A stretch of 64,000 nt of DNA from Camelus dromedarius (lineage: Eukaryota): the NCBI RefSeq assembly GCF_036321535.1, contig NC_087437.1, positions 13,456,001 to 13,520,000 on the forward strand, read 5' to 3'. The position numbers and the translations under genes are program-made. Positions 11,151-21,412 of the stretch are shown in pieces. The notes under the pieces are model-generated. The model searched no databases, was not told the origin of the DNA, and worked only from the letters and a program-made list of their open reading frames with translations. The stretch's first letter is position 1; every line of letters starts with the position of its first letter.

Positions 11151-14003
11151 GGACTGTATGCTTTGCAGTTGTAGACTTCACCGCCTTAAAGTTGCTGGTT
11201 CGCCCGACCTAGAGGTTTGCAGATTCCTAAGTGATGGCTTCATTAAGAAATAACAGCAAAAAACAGCCCTTTGGGGGCCTTAGGTAGGAAAGAGGGATCC
11301 TTTGCTATTTCGCCCCACACAGCCATCTCCAGTTAAGTACTGGGTTATCTCTGGGCCTCCAGGACTCACATTTCTGCCCTTGGGAAGCACTGCAGTTCCT
11401 AGCCATACCCATAGCTTCCAAAAGGGTTCCACGTGAGCCCTGAGGGTCAGCCAACCCAAGACTTGTGATCGGGCGTTCAGAGCAATGGTTGGTCTTAACT
11501 AAAAAGTGTAAGGTCTAGTCTAAGAGCCTGAGATGTGAAATTCAGGATATGAGCCCGAGCACTCAGGCATCCAAGGGAGGAGGAAGCCAGATTGTCTGTT
11601 CTGCTAACTGGATTTGAATGCCTTTCAGCAGTGCTGGAGCTCTGCTGAAGATTGAACACCCCCTGGAGGACAACGCTGTAATGTATCTCTGTAAGTATTA
11701 CCATAGAAAGATGCCTGACTGAATACACTTCCCCCCTCCCACCCCGCTAAAGAATATGGAAATCAAGTCTTTGCTAAGATGACCCTTTTGAAATATTAAA
11801 TAAATTGAGTGTGTTTATTTGACTGTATGAGTCACGTTCCTTTTAGAAAAGCTTTCACAAATCACATAATCCATTTCCGGTTGCTTCTTCCAAAATCATC
11901 TTTATATGCTTCCTAGTAAGAGTTTATTTTCCTGCAGACCAATTACATTAGTCAAGTGAAAGTAACTGCCAAGGACAGACCTCCGAGGGTTGTTCAGATG
12001 TATCAAAGGTAAATACCCACATTTTAGTTTCTAATCCTCCACACACATAGAGTTAAGACTGCATCCTAGGTTAATTGCTTTCCCTGCCTATAGATTTTTC
12101 AGTTAATAGTGCCTTAAGTGCATTAAAAAGAAAAAACAAAAACCTTTTTAAAATTGTCATGAGTTGGAGTATATAGATCACTGGAGGAGAAATATAATTC
12201 TTTTGTTTTTAAACAAACAGGCTCCAGGACCCGTTCATGACCAGAACTGAAAGGAAATGCTCTTCCCATCAACTTATAGGGCTGTTCCACCCACTAGACC
12301 AACCGAGCATGATGCCAGGGAGCGGGGAGAGCTTCCCGAAGCTCACAGCTCGCTGTACAGAAGAAGGCTCAATGTGAGTGCCCTGGCTTTGGTCCCGGCA
12401 CACGCCTTCGTTTCCCAAACCCTTGCACGTGTTCACATACATGGAGAGCTACCCATTTTAGGGCTGTAAGGGTTTTTGAAATTAACTATTGTCTGAGGCA
12501 CATCCCCTCTTACCTTCTAAATAGTCTCTAAATGACAGCTTCTTTGCTCAACTCTCTTCCTTTGGTATCATTCTTCTAACCTCAACTTTTTAAGTTAAAA
12601 AATACCAGGAAAATGTAGTCTCATTGTTGACCATGGACTTACCTCTGCAGCAAGGCAAATCATAAAACATGCCAACCCAAACTGGAACATCTTTGAGAAA
12701 GTGATTTTAAGAAGTTACATAATGGAAGGTTTAACTTTCAAGAACACTTGGGGGAATTGTAATGAACTGATCTGCAAACTCTGCCATTGTTCTTTCTTAC
12801 GTCCTTCTCTGTTTCCCCATAATTCTTGTTCTGACATCAGCCAGCATAAGGCAGTCTGGGATGTGGGTAGGTTTTTCTTACTGGTGCAAGACTTTTGATT
12901 CATACAGTGAGTCCTCTGACCTGGCTGGCACAGTTGGAGAATGGCAAATGCTGCTTACTTCCAGGTTCAGGTAGACCCCTGGAATGTCGGGGATGGGAGA
13001 GTCCTAGAGGTGATCTCATCCACTGATCTTTCAGGTGTTGGCACTGAAAGCCTTGGAAGCTGGGCGATTAGCACTCATGCTCCACCCCCCATCCAGGGTC
13101 CCTTACAGGACACAGACTGCCTCTCCTGAGAAACTGTTGCCCAGTCTTCAAAGAAACTGAACAACGTAACAATATACACGATGAAAACAGCGCTGGCTGT
13201 CAGCAGCAGTTTCTTTGAAGATTCAGAAGGCACTTAAGTTTCCTACATTGTCACAGAGTTGTAATAAAGAATATCTATGATTCTAAAAAGCTGCTTGTTC
13301 CTTCAAGATGTGATGGGAGGATTCATTTTCCTTTCACAAATAGCCCCTTGGTAACACGCTCAGTGCTGTGCGTGATCTGACTTCCCAGTGGAGAGAGGGA
13401 GGAAATGATCTTTATGCAACGTCCTGGGAAGGGAGAGATGATGAGAATTTGTTTCTTTGAGCCGTAGCATGAACCCTGAGGGGCCGAGGACCATCCTGTG
13501 GGCTAGGGGGCAGTGACTGCCTTTACAGGATGTTCTTAGCTTCCAGAGCTCTTGTCAGCCTGGCTTCCCAATGTGCTGTCACTGATTCATCAAATTGGCT
13601 GGATGGGACCCAGACAAAGCCAACTCGAGGCAAACTCATTTCTCACACAGCTGTAAATGTCCTCCCCAACCCTTTTCTAAATCCAAATAGGGGAATCAGA
13701 ATTTAGGGAAAAGGAAGGCCTGAATTCCTCATCCCACATTTGCCCCTACTCGTTAACATGGATAGTCCCAAATGACCTAAGGGGTCACATAGACCCAGCA
13801 GGGGCACTACTCAAGGTCCCAGACTTTTTCCTTCCAACCCAGGGAAATTATTACTTTAAGGCCACAAGACTTCATAGGGCCACATAGAGCCCTACATTGC
13901 AGGGGCTTCATGAATGAGTGACAGTAAATGGAAAGCCATCTCTCTTTATGGCTCTAACTTCTCCACTATTAAAAGAACCAGAAGCTAGTGTGAATCGTTT
14001 AAG

Positions 14004-14005
<2 letters not shown>

Positions 14006-14041
<36 letters not shown>
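14006..14041. repeat. (GT)18 microsatellite
   Basis: Direct reading. Confidence 0.95.
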
Positions 14042-14042
<1 letters not shown>

Positions 14043-14858
14043 TCTACATGCACATTGGGGTAATACAGGGAACTGGGTCCTGAAAGCATCAGGAAAAGAG
14101 ATGGAACAGTGAAAACAAAATCTATTTGTCAGTAATTTGGTCTAGAGATGGCCCAAGTTTGGGTATTTCAGAAATTATTAGATATATTTTCAGGACTGTC
14201 CCCAAGTTCAGTGAGAACAGCTACACTTGTGATGAAGGCGACTGAGTCCATCGGGTTTGGGAGCCGTGATCTTTCTCTGGCTGCTGACAGACAATCTGCA
14301 TTTTGCTCACTACTTCCAAACAAGAATCAATGAATGTACCTTTGCCTGTGGTTGTTTGAGCTCCCACCCGACAAAGGTTTTCTAGATCTGATCTTGAAAA
14401 CGGGCCTGAAATGCATACATGGTGGATTTCTCTGGGGTTGGAACCAAAATTCCGTTTTTTCTTTTATATTTCATTTATGTGTTTCCTCAGAGAAGTGTTT
14501 GGAGAAATGTAAGGCAATTTAAAACCTGGCTGTTGGTCTAAAGGTTAACAAGCTGGCCATTGAACTAATGGCATTACTTGTTGAATAGATTTTAAAATAA
14601 AATAATCCCTAGGGAGTAACATGGCGCTAATTTACGCAAATCCAGCTTCCTTAGGATTGTCCGCATTTCTTCTGGCAGAAAGATACGGGAAGGATGCTCT
14701 GCTCTCCGTCTTTCATCCTCTGAGAAGCGAGCTGCATTGACGAGAAGAAGAAATGAAGAAAAGCTCCGGAAAGTGATGCCCGGGAGCAAGGCTTTGGGGA
14801 AACAAACTAAAATTGACATTGACCATTGATTGTTGACAAGACGTTTTTATCTTCATAT

Positions 14859-15526
14859 TGTCAGGTACTTAAGTAAATGGGGGCCCAGGGCAGATAAGGT
14901 GGAGGAGAGTGAGGATGGTCCGGAAGATGGCAGTATGCCCGCCTCCAGCATAAAGGGGCTTTACTTCTTCTAAATGAGTGGCAGCAAGAAACCGGTTAGA
15001 ACCCGTTGGCCGCAAAGACTTAACCGGACATGACCGATGCTCGTTGTATTATATAATTAACATTGCAGTTCAGATTTTTTTTTTTTTTAATTGTTTGCTG
15101 CTGCAACAACTCTTTATTTGAAAGGGTGGGTGGCTTTGAATAGAGCCTTTGATTTCGCAGGTGCCCCTTCGAGATGAGGACTGGGTAGGCTTCTGGCTGC
15201 CAGGCTCACTTCCCCTCACCCCTTCATGGGATTTTCTGTGTCACGGGTAAGGACGTGCACAAAGGGGACAAACATGACTAAGCACTCCAGGGACAAGGGC
15301 TGTCAATCAAGAGACCACCTCTAAGTGAGGGTCTAAGAGAAAGGAGAGACAAGAACTGCCGCTCTTCCTCCCTTCAGTCAGCCCGCCTCCTGTTCTTGGA
15401 GGAATACTTTTCCTTTTTTTAAAATAAAGGTTTTAAAATCTTTCACTTACACAACGCACTGTCTCCCGACTGTAAACTTATCTTTCAGGTATGCAACAAC
15501 TGGAATCTTTACCTTTTAGGGTAACA
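14859..15526 (+). mobile_element. ERV1-type solo LTR carrying an internal histone mRNA retrocopy
   Basis: TGTCAGG...GGTAACA termini, 4-bp flanks ATAT/ATAC (TSD with 1 mismatch), AATAAA at 15423-15428 about 100 bp before the end. Confidence 0.7.
15075..15225 (-). pseudogene. 5'-truncated processed retrocopy of a polyadenylated replication-dependent histone H2A mRNA 3' end (H2AC18/H2AC19 = HIST2H2AA-like)
   Basis: Minus strand reads GGG AAG TGA (G-K-stop, stop at 15206-15208), then TCTCGAAGGGGCACCTG, then AAA-GGCTCTATTCAAAGCC-ACCCA (stem-loop 15132-15147). It continues with AATAAA (15113-15118) overlapping the HDE AAAGAGTTG, then 24 nt, then A14 (15075-15088). Confidence 0.85.
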
Positions 15527-16199
15527 ATACTAAAACAAGGACTAAGGAATCCCTGTGTGTAAGTCACAGATAAAGAATCTTTTATAAAATAGAAGAACCT
15601 TTCATCAAATGATTATTTGATGCTTTTCCCTCAATACAGTTACCGTTCACCTGGCTAAGGACCAGGTTCTGTTTGTACCTTCTCTAGTTCTCACAGCAGT
15701 CTGGCCAAGGACGTATTAGCAGTGTTCCCATTTTACAGATGGGGAGACTAAGATCCAGCATGACCCAGGATCACAAGGCTGATGTGCAACAGTGAAGCCC
15801 AGGTCTAGCATCTGCAAAGGCCTTTGCTCCACCTAAGCGCCGCCGCCTCGTTTTGCTTCATCCTTCCCTTTTCCAAAGTCTCATCTTAGCTCATGACATG
15901 AATAAAGGAGAACAGAGCCAGATTTTTTTTTTAATTTTCAAAAAGGAGAAATGAAGTTCAAAAGAAGGAAAACAAGCTTTAGCTCACTCAGCCAGTTAGC
16001 AGAGCCTGTGTTCAGGGACCACGCCTGTTCGTCCCCTTTTGACACCCATCCCTCTGTGCCTGGCCCTGAAATTCCCTGCACACATAAAGCAAATCATGTT
16101 CTTGGCGGGGCAGATGTATGTGTAGCTCTCAGTCCTGGGAACCTGACCTCAGTTCCACGGCTGCGCCCAGGGTGGTGGTGAGAGTGGTGCTCAGTGCAC

Positions 16200-16627
16200 T
16201 GCTTTCTGGACCCACATCTGCCCTCAGGCCTACCCTTTCCGTCCACACCCTTCAAGTTCCCTGGCAGCTCCCGCATGCATTCCGCCGAGGGTCCTCTGCC
16301 TTCCACAGCATACTGTGCGCTTGCACAGAAGGTAGGTTGGGGATGCCAAAGAGCGGCCAGCCTCCAGGAGCAGCCAGCAGTCCAGGACTCCTGGGACTTG
16401 GTGTGCAAACCCAGCTGGGACCCACTCTGGGTTGCAGAGTTTCCTCACCCACCCCATGAACCTCCAGTCGCCTCCTGTGGCAACAGGCTTAGTATGACCC
16501 TAATTTTGCTGCCTCCCTCCCTTGTCTCGTTTCCACTCCTGTACCGGTGTTTCCTTACTTCCCAGTAAATACTTTGCACTCAGGTCTTTGTCTCAGAGTC
16601 TGCTTATGGGAATAACCCACTAAGATA
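16200..16627 (+). mobile_element. LTR16-like ERVL LTR (5' boundary uncertain)
   Basis: 3' end CCCAGTAAATACTTTGCACTCAGGTCTTTGTCTCAGAGTCTGCTTATGGGAATAACCCACTAAGATA matches the recalled LTR16 terminus. Confidence 0.7.
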
Positions 16628-16644
16628 ACTGAGTATGTCCCCCC

Positions 16645-16840
16645 ATTGGTGCTTTCCAAACCTGGCTGTGATCAGACAGATTGAGACAGCTCTTGAACAA
16701 TATGAATACCTTTGGTTGACCCAGAATTGCTCGAGTGGAGTCCTGGAAGTCAGGGTTGCTCCTCTGCATTTTCTGACAACTCCCTTCTTCTGTGGAGATG
16801 TAGGGAGATCAGTCGGGGTGGTAACGCTGACTTAGAGGAC
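16645..16840. mobile_element. MER5-like hAT-Charlie remnant
   Basis: GGTGCTTTCCAAACCTGGCTG...TCTGCATTTTCTGACAACTCCC pattern. Confidence 0.45.
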
Positions 16841-17419
16841 AGCTTGTACTAGAAACTTCATCTCGAACATTGAGCTTGGCAAATCTTTGCTTCCATAAAC
16901 AAGTGAACTGTCCTCTCATGGAGAGCGAGCATCAAAGGAGCTCATAATAAGAGTTTCCCTTCCGACTTCACATGTCAGGAAATTAAGAGAAAAAAAAAGT
17001 CTGTGCGTTTAATTTAGTAACTGTATATGATCTCCATCTTAGTACAGTTTCATTTCCTTTACTTTTGACCTGTTGTTACATATAAATTGTCAGTTATTCT
17101 GATTTTTCTTATTTGCATGTTTCTATTTTATTATAAATATTTTCTTATAATACTTCAAACCCTTTATGTAACTGAACAGGGAAAACATTTATGTTTATTT
17201 GCTGCCTTTTATGTTTCCCTCAAATGGATAGATTGTTTTAGATTCATCTCTTATTCTGTCTTGCTTAAGTTCTGCGGTCTTACCATTTCTTTTCCCTAGC
17301 TTTCATGTTCCAAAAACATTTCATATCCAGTCATCCTTTGCTGTGAAACTACATATGCCTGAATCAATAAGATTCAGAATCAAACACAAGTTTAAGGCTC
17401 ACAGTCCCACAGCCCGCAA

Positions 17420-17600
17420 ATGGATTTTGCTCGTGTGAGTCCCTCACCCTCCCTGGAAAGAAGGAGGTAGTGGGTATGAGAGCATCACTTTCCAAATGAG
17501 AGAACCAAGATCCAGAGATGCTAAGTGACCTGCCAAGGCATCTCCAGGTAATAGGTGAGAGCCGGGACTTGCAGAATGCTCCCACGACACCAAAGCTCCA
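17420..17600 (-). mobile_element. MIR SINE fragment
   Basis: CAAATGAGAGAACCAAGATCCAGAGATGCTAAGTGACCTGCCAAGG antisense MIR core. Confidence 0.6.
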
Positions 17601-17832
17601 GCTCCATCCACCTCTCATTTGTGAAGTATGAACACATTTGAAGGAGAAGGGTAATGATCTGGTTCGAGAGAATACTTGGCTTTGGGGAGGGGGTTGGAAA
17701 AAAATCCCAAATTCGTCTCTACTCAAAGCTGGCAGATCATAGTTATTGTTGCTGATATTCTAAGACGATAAGCAAACTTTCAATGCTTTATTGTTTTTTT
17801 TTTTTCATTTGCTCTTTCTAACTGATGCCATA

Positions 17833-18231
17833 TGTTATCAGCTGAGTTGTAGCCCCCTTAAAGGTTATGTGCTGAAACCCTAACCTCCAGTATCTCAGAA
17901 TGGGACTGCATTTGGAGATGGGCCTTTAAAGATATAGTTAAGTTAAAATGAAGCCTTTAGGGTGGACCTAACCCGGTATGACTGGTGTCCTTACAAGAAA
18001 AAGAGATTAGAGCGCACCACACAGAGACACCAGGGATGCCAGTGCCCCGAGAATGACCACAGGAGGTCGTGGCGAGATGGTGACAGGCTACAGCCAAGTA
18101 GAGGCATCAGAGGAAACCAACCTGTTGGCATCTTGATCTTAGGCCTGCAGAACTGTGAGAAAATATATTTCTGTTGTCCAAGCCACCCTGTCTGTGATCT
18201 TTTGTTATGGCAGCCCTCGCAGACTAATACA
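17833..18231 (+). mobile_element. MLT1A/B-like MaLR solo LTR
   Basis: TGTTATCAGCTGAGTTG...ATGACTGGTGTCCTTA...CAGAACTGTGAGAAAATATATTTCTGTTGTCCAAGCCACCC...GCAGCCCTCGCAGACTAATACA. Confidence 0.85.
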
Positions 18232-19341
18232 TCATGTTAACCTTTGATTCCCAGGGAGTGTTTTGGAAGGTTTGCTTGAGAAGCAATATGAGAGCATTTC
18301 AGGAAATGCAAGTAATTAACTAATGCCATCACATATCTGGATCTTTCTGTGTGGCCCTTAGTTTTCAGGGACAATTTTGGTTTTGAAATGGACCTACCTC
18401 TGTCCTCTGGAAATCCCCCAGGGCTGAAAAGTAAGTAAAACTAAAATGAGACTTCCGTGTAGACGTATTGAGAGCAAGAGAGAGAATGAGTAAGTGATCC
18501 GGTTGTGCTGGTTTCATTTCTAGGAAACAAAGACTATTTTTAAAAGGGAGAGTGGCCCTTGGTAATAAAACATCTTCTTTGGAAGAATGCTATAATTATC
18601 TGGGTGCACAATGTTTAAGCGCCTCGAATTCCCACCCCTCCTCTTGGCCCAGCCTCATTAGGAGTTTTCCTCAGAGCTGAGAAGCCCAACCACTCCACGA
18701 AAACAGTCGTCCTTGAGAGCAGGGACACTAAAATGGAAAGGTTTTATTTATCAGTTCTCTTCCAGCAATTCTCGCAGTGCATTGGCTCAGTTTACAACCT
18801 GGATGATCACTTCTCTGAGGCGGGGCTGTGAAACCCGACCAGCACTCCCACGCGGTGACTCTGGATGCTAACTTCGCGCAGAGCGAGGCAAACGCTGTCC
18901 CGAGGGCTGGCTGCCGTTTGGTGGATGGTGCACATGGCTGGCTCCCCTCAGCTAAGAGATTCAAAAGACTTTTCTAGAGAAGATAAATTTAGAAGCCAGA
19001 GACACTGGGAAACCCAGGAGGAAACAGTCAGTTGTGCCACAGAGTCAGGTCTGTGAGTCAGGAGCTCAGAGAGGCCCAGCGAGCGCAGTGTTCGAATGCG
19101 GCTTGTGGTGTAGAAACAAGAGCACAGGATTTGTCTTCTTTGGATTACAAAGTCAAAATAAGTTGGGTTTAAACATAGGCGAATACAAAGTCATGAAGAA
19201 AATGAGAGTGATATTAAAGAACATGAAGAAAACAGTGTGAGTTATTCCAAACCCCACCACTCAGAACTACTGCTAGTGTGTTCAGCTTTCTGGTAGACCT
19301 GTCTCCCTGTTCACACACGTATAAAAGGGACATGCTATCTT

Positions 19342-19410
19342 TGTTTTTGTTTTAAATTTTTATTTTGGGGGAGGTAATTAGGTTTGTTTGTTTGTTTATT
19401 TATTTTAATT
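19342..19410 (-). mobile_element. 3' tail fragment of a camelid tRNA-derived SINE (Vic-1-like)
   Basis: TTTTGGGGGAGGTAATTAGGTTTGTTTGTTTGTTTATTTATTTTAAT matches my recollection of the antisense camelid SINE tail; the tRNA head is absent. Confidence 0.55.
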
Positions 19411-20629
19411 ATATGCCTATTGTTCAGATACATTTAATGACTCCCTGTTCCCCTCCAATAATGTCAAGGCCAGGCCCCTTCATGCTACCGTGTCCCTTCC
19501 TGACCAACTCTGTCCAGTTTTCCAGAATGGTCTCTTGCCTCTATAGCCCCCAAATTCACCAGATGTCTGCCTCTCCTCTCTTGAAGTTCCTGGAAACTCC
19601 CACTGCCTCTCATGGGATCCTTTGGAGAGTTCCAGGCTGAGACGAGAGTGTGGTCAGCTTCACATTTCTGAAAGATAATTGGCAGGAGTGGTCAGAATGA
19701 ATCTCCAGGACCAGGGGGATGATGGGAGATGAGGAGCCCTCAGCTCAGGTGGGAAAAGCTGGTGGCTTGGGCAGAGATGGTGGCAGTAGAGATGGAACAT
19801 GAGTGAACTGGAGAGAAGTTGGGAGATGCGATCAGACATGTGGGAGATGCTGCTAGCATCCTCATTGTCACCACCATGACCCAGTTGCTATTGTTGGGGT
19901 GGTGTTCCACTCCTAAAGTTGAGTGATTGTATATGGAAAGAACGGAATCAATGAAGAGGCTTCATAAAACCAACCTAATTATTCCAGCCAGGCAACATGA
20001 TTTCACTGTCAAGTTCAATCTGATGTAGGCCCAGATAAGTTTGATTTAAACTGCATCACAGATTAAATGGTCTTACATTTTCCCTTCTGGTTGTCATAAA
20101 AGGATGAAGTTCATTTTATTCGAAGACCTCTTTTAATGAAGACTTTAAATCAAAAACTTTAACTGCTTGTCACTGTGCAGGGAGATGACTGAGCCCACGT
20201 TAATGCAGCTCATTAAGTTTCTCGCCTGATGCTTGCCCTGAGACCTGGAATCAGCTGGAATCTCTGCCTGAAAGCTCCTCCCACATCTCCACCCATGAGG
20301 GGACCTGTTTCTTTGGAGGCCTGGGCAACCTCTATACTTTCATTCAGGAGATTAGGCTGAGATGCCTGGACCTTGAGCTCACAAAAGAAGATGTTCTTTA
20401 GAGTGGATGGGAACAGCTGGAATATCTGGGCCCATGCCACTCAAACGCCATCGTGTGGAGTCCAAAAGGCCCATCAAAAGTGTTATGTTATAAAGGATTA
20501 ACGTCTAGTTGTCAAAAATAAGATTAAGTGCAATGTTTTTAAGACTCAATATCATTAAAATTGAGACCCTCTGGGACCCTTTTGTGTTGTAGAAATTTAA
20601 CATCTACCATAAAACAACACAATCACGTC

Positions 20630-20860
20630 AACTGATAACATTTATTAAGCAATTACTCTGTGCTAGGTATCCTGCTAAGCACATTCTTGCTTTCCTTGGT
20701 TGCTTTCCAGAGCAACCTTCTGAAATAGATGCTATCATGGTTCACATTTTGCAGATGAGGGAACTGCAACACAGAAAGGGCAGTCACCTCCCTGAGGTCA
20801 CACCTTCTCCAAGGCACAGCAGAAATTTCATCCAAGGCGTCAAATGCTTCCACTCACCCT
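20630..20860 (-). mobile_element. MIR SINE
   Basis: TAACATTTATTAAGCAATTACTCTGTGCTAGG...CATTTTGCAGATGAGGGAACTG...CTGAGGTCACAC. Confidence 0.75.
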
Positions 20861-21038
20861 CTGTGCTCCTGCTGTTCGTCATGAGAAGAGCATAGCTCAG
20901 GTAGCCACTGGTCTGAGGAAGATGACAGACCCCTGAAGCAGACTTCCTCACCTTCCTGAAACAGATCATCTGGTACTTGAAGTAGTCACCCCAGCTGACT
21001 GTCAGAACTGTGAGCAAGAGAAAAAAAGGTTTCCTCCT

Positions 21039-21412
21039 TGTCTTAGTCTGTTTGGGCTGTTCTAACAGAGTACCTTAGACAGGTTGGCTGCAATGACAGA
21101 TCTTCATTTCTCACAGTTCTGGAGTCTGCAAAGTCCAAGATCAAAGTGCTGGCAGGTTCAGTGTTGGTGGGAGCCCCTTCCTGGTTCACAGACAGCTGTC
21201 TTCTCATTGTATCCCCACATGGCAGAGAGCAGAGAGAAACAGGATCCCCAGGATCCTTATAACAGCACTCATCTTATTCACAAAGGCTTGGCCCTCGTGT
21301 TCCAATCTACTCTTAATCTTTTCCCAAAGGCTCTACCTCCTAATATCGTCAAGAGGTTAGGGTTAGGGTTTCTACATATGGATTTTAAGGGGACACAATT
21401 CAGCCCATAACA
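21039..21412 (-). mobile_element. MLT1A-like MaLR solo LTR with perfect 5-bp TSD CTCCT
   Basis: TGTCTTAGTCTGTTTGGGCTG...TTTCTCACAGTTCTGGAG...AATTCAGCCCATAACA. CTCCT at 21034-21038 and 21413-21417. Confidence 0.9.

Noticed and set aside
15951..16568. Cluster of overlapping 66-124 aa ORFs
   Set aside because: GC-rich LTR16-derived sequence is depleted in stop codons; the translations resemble no protein family.
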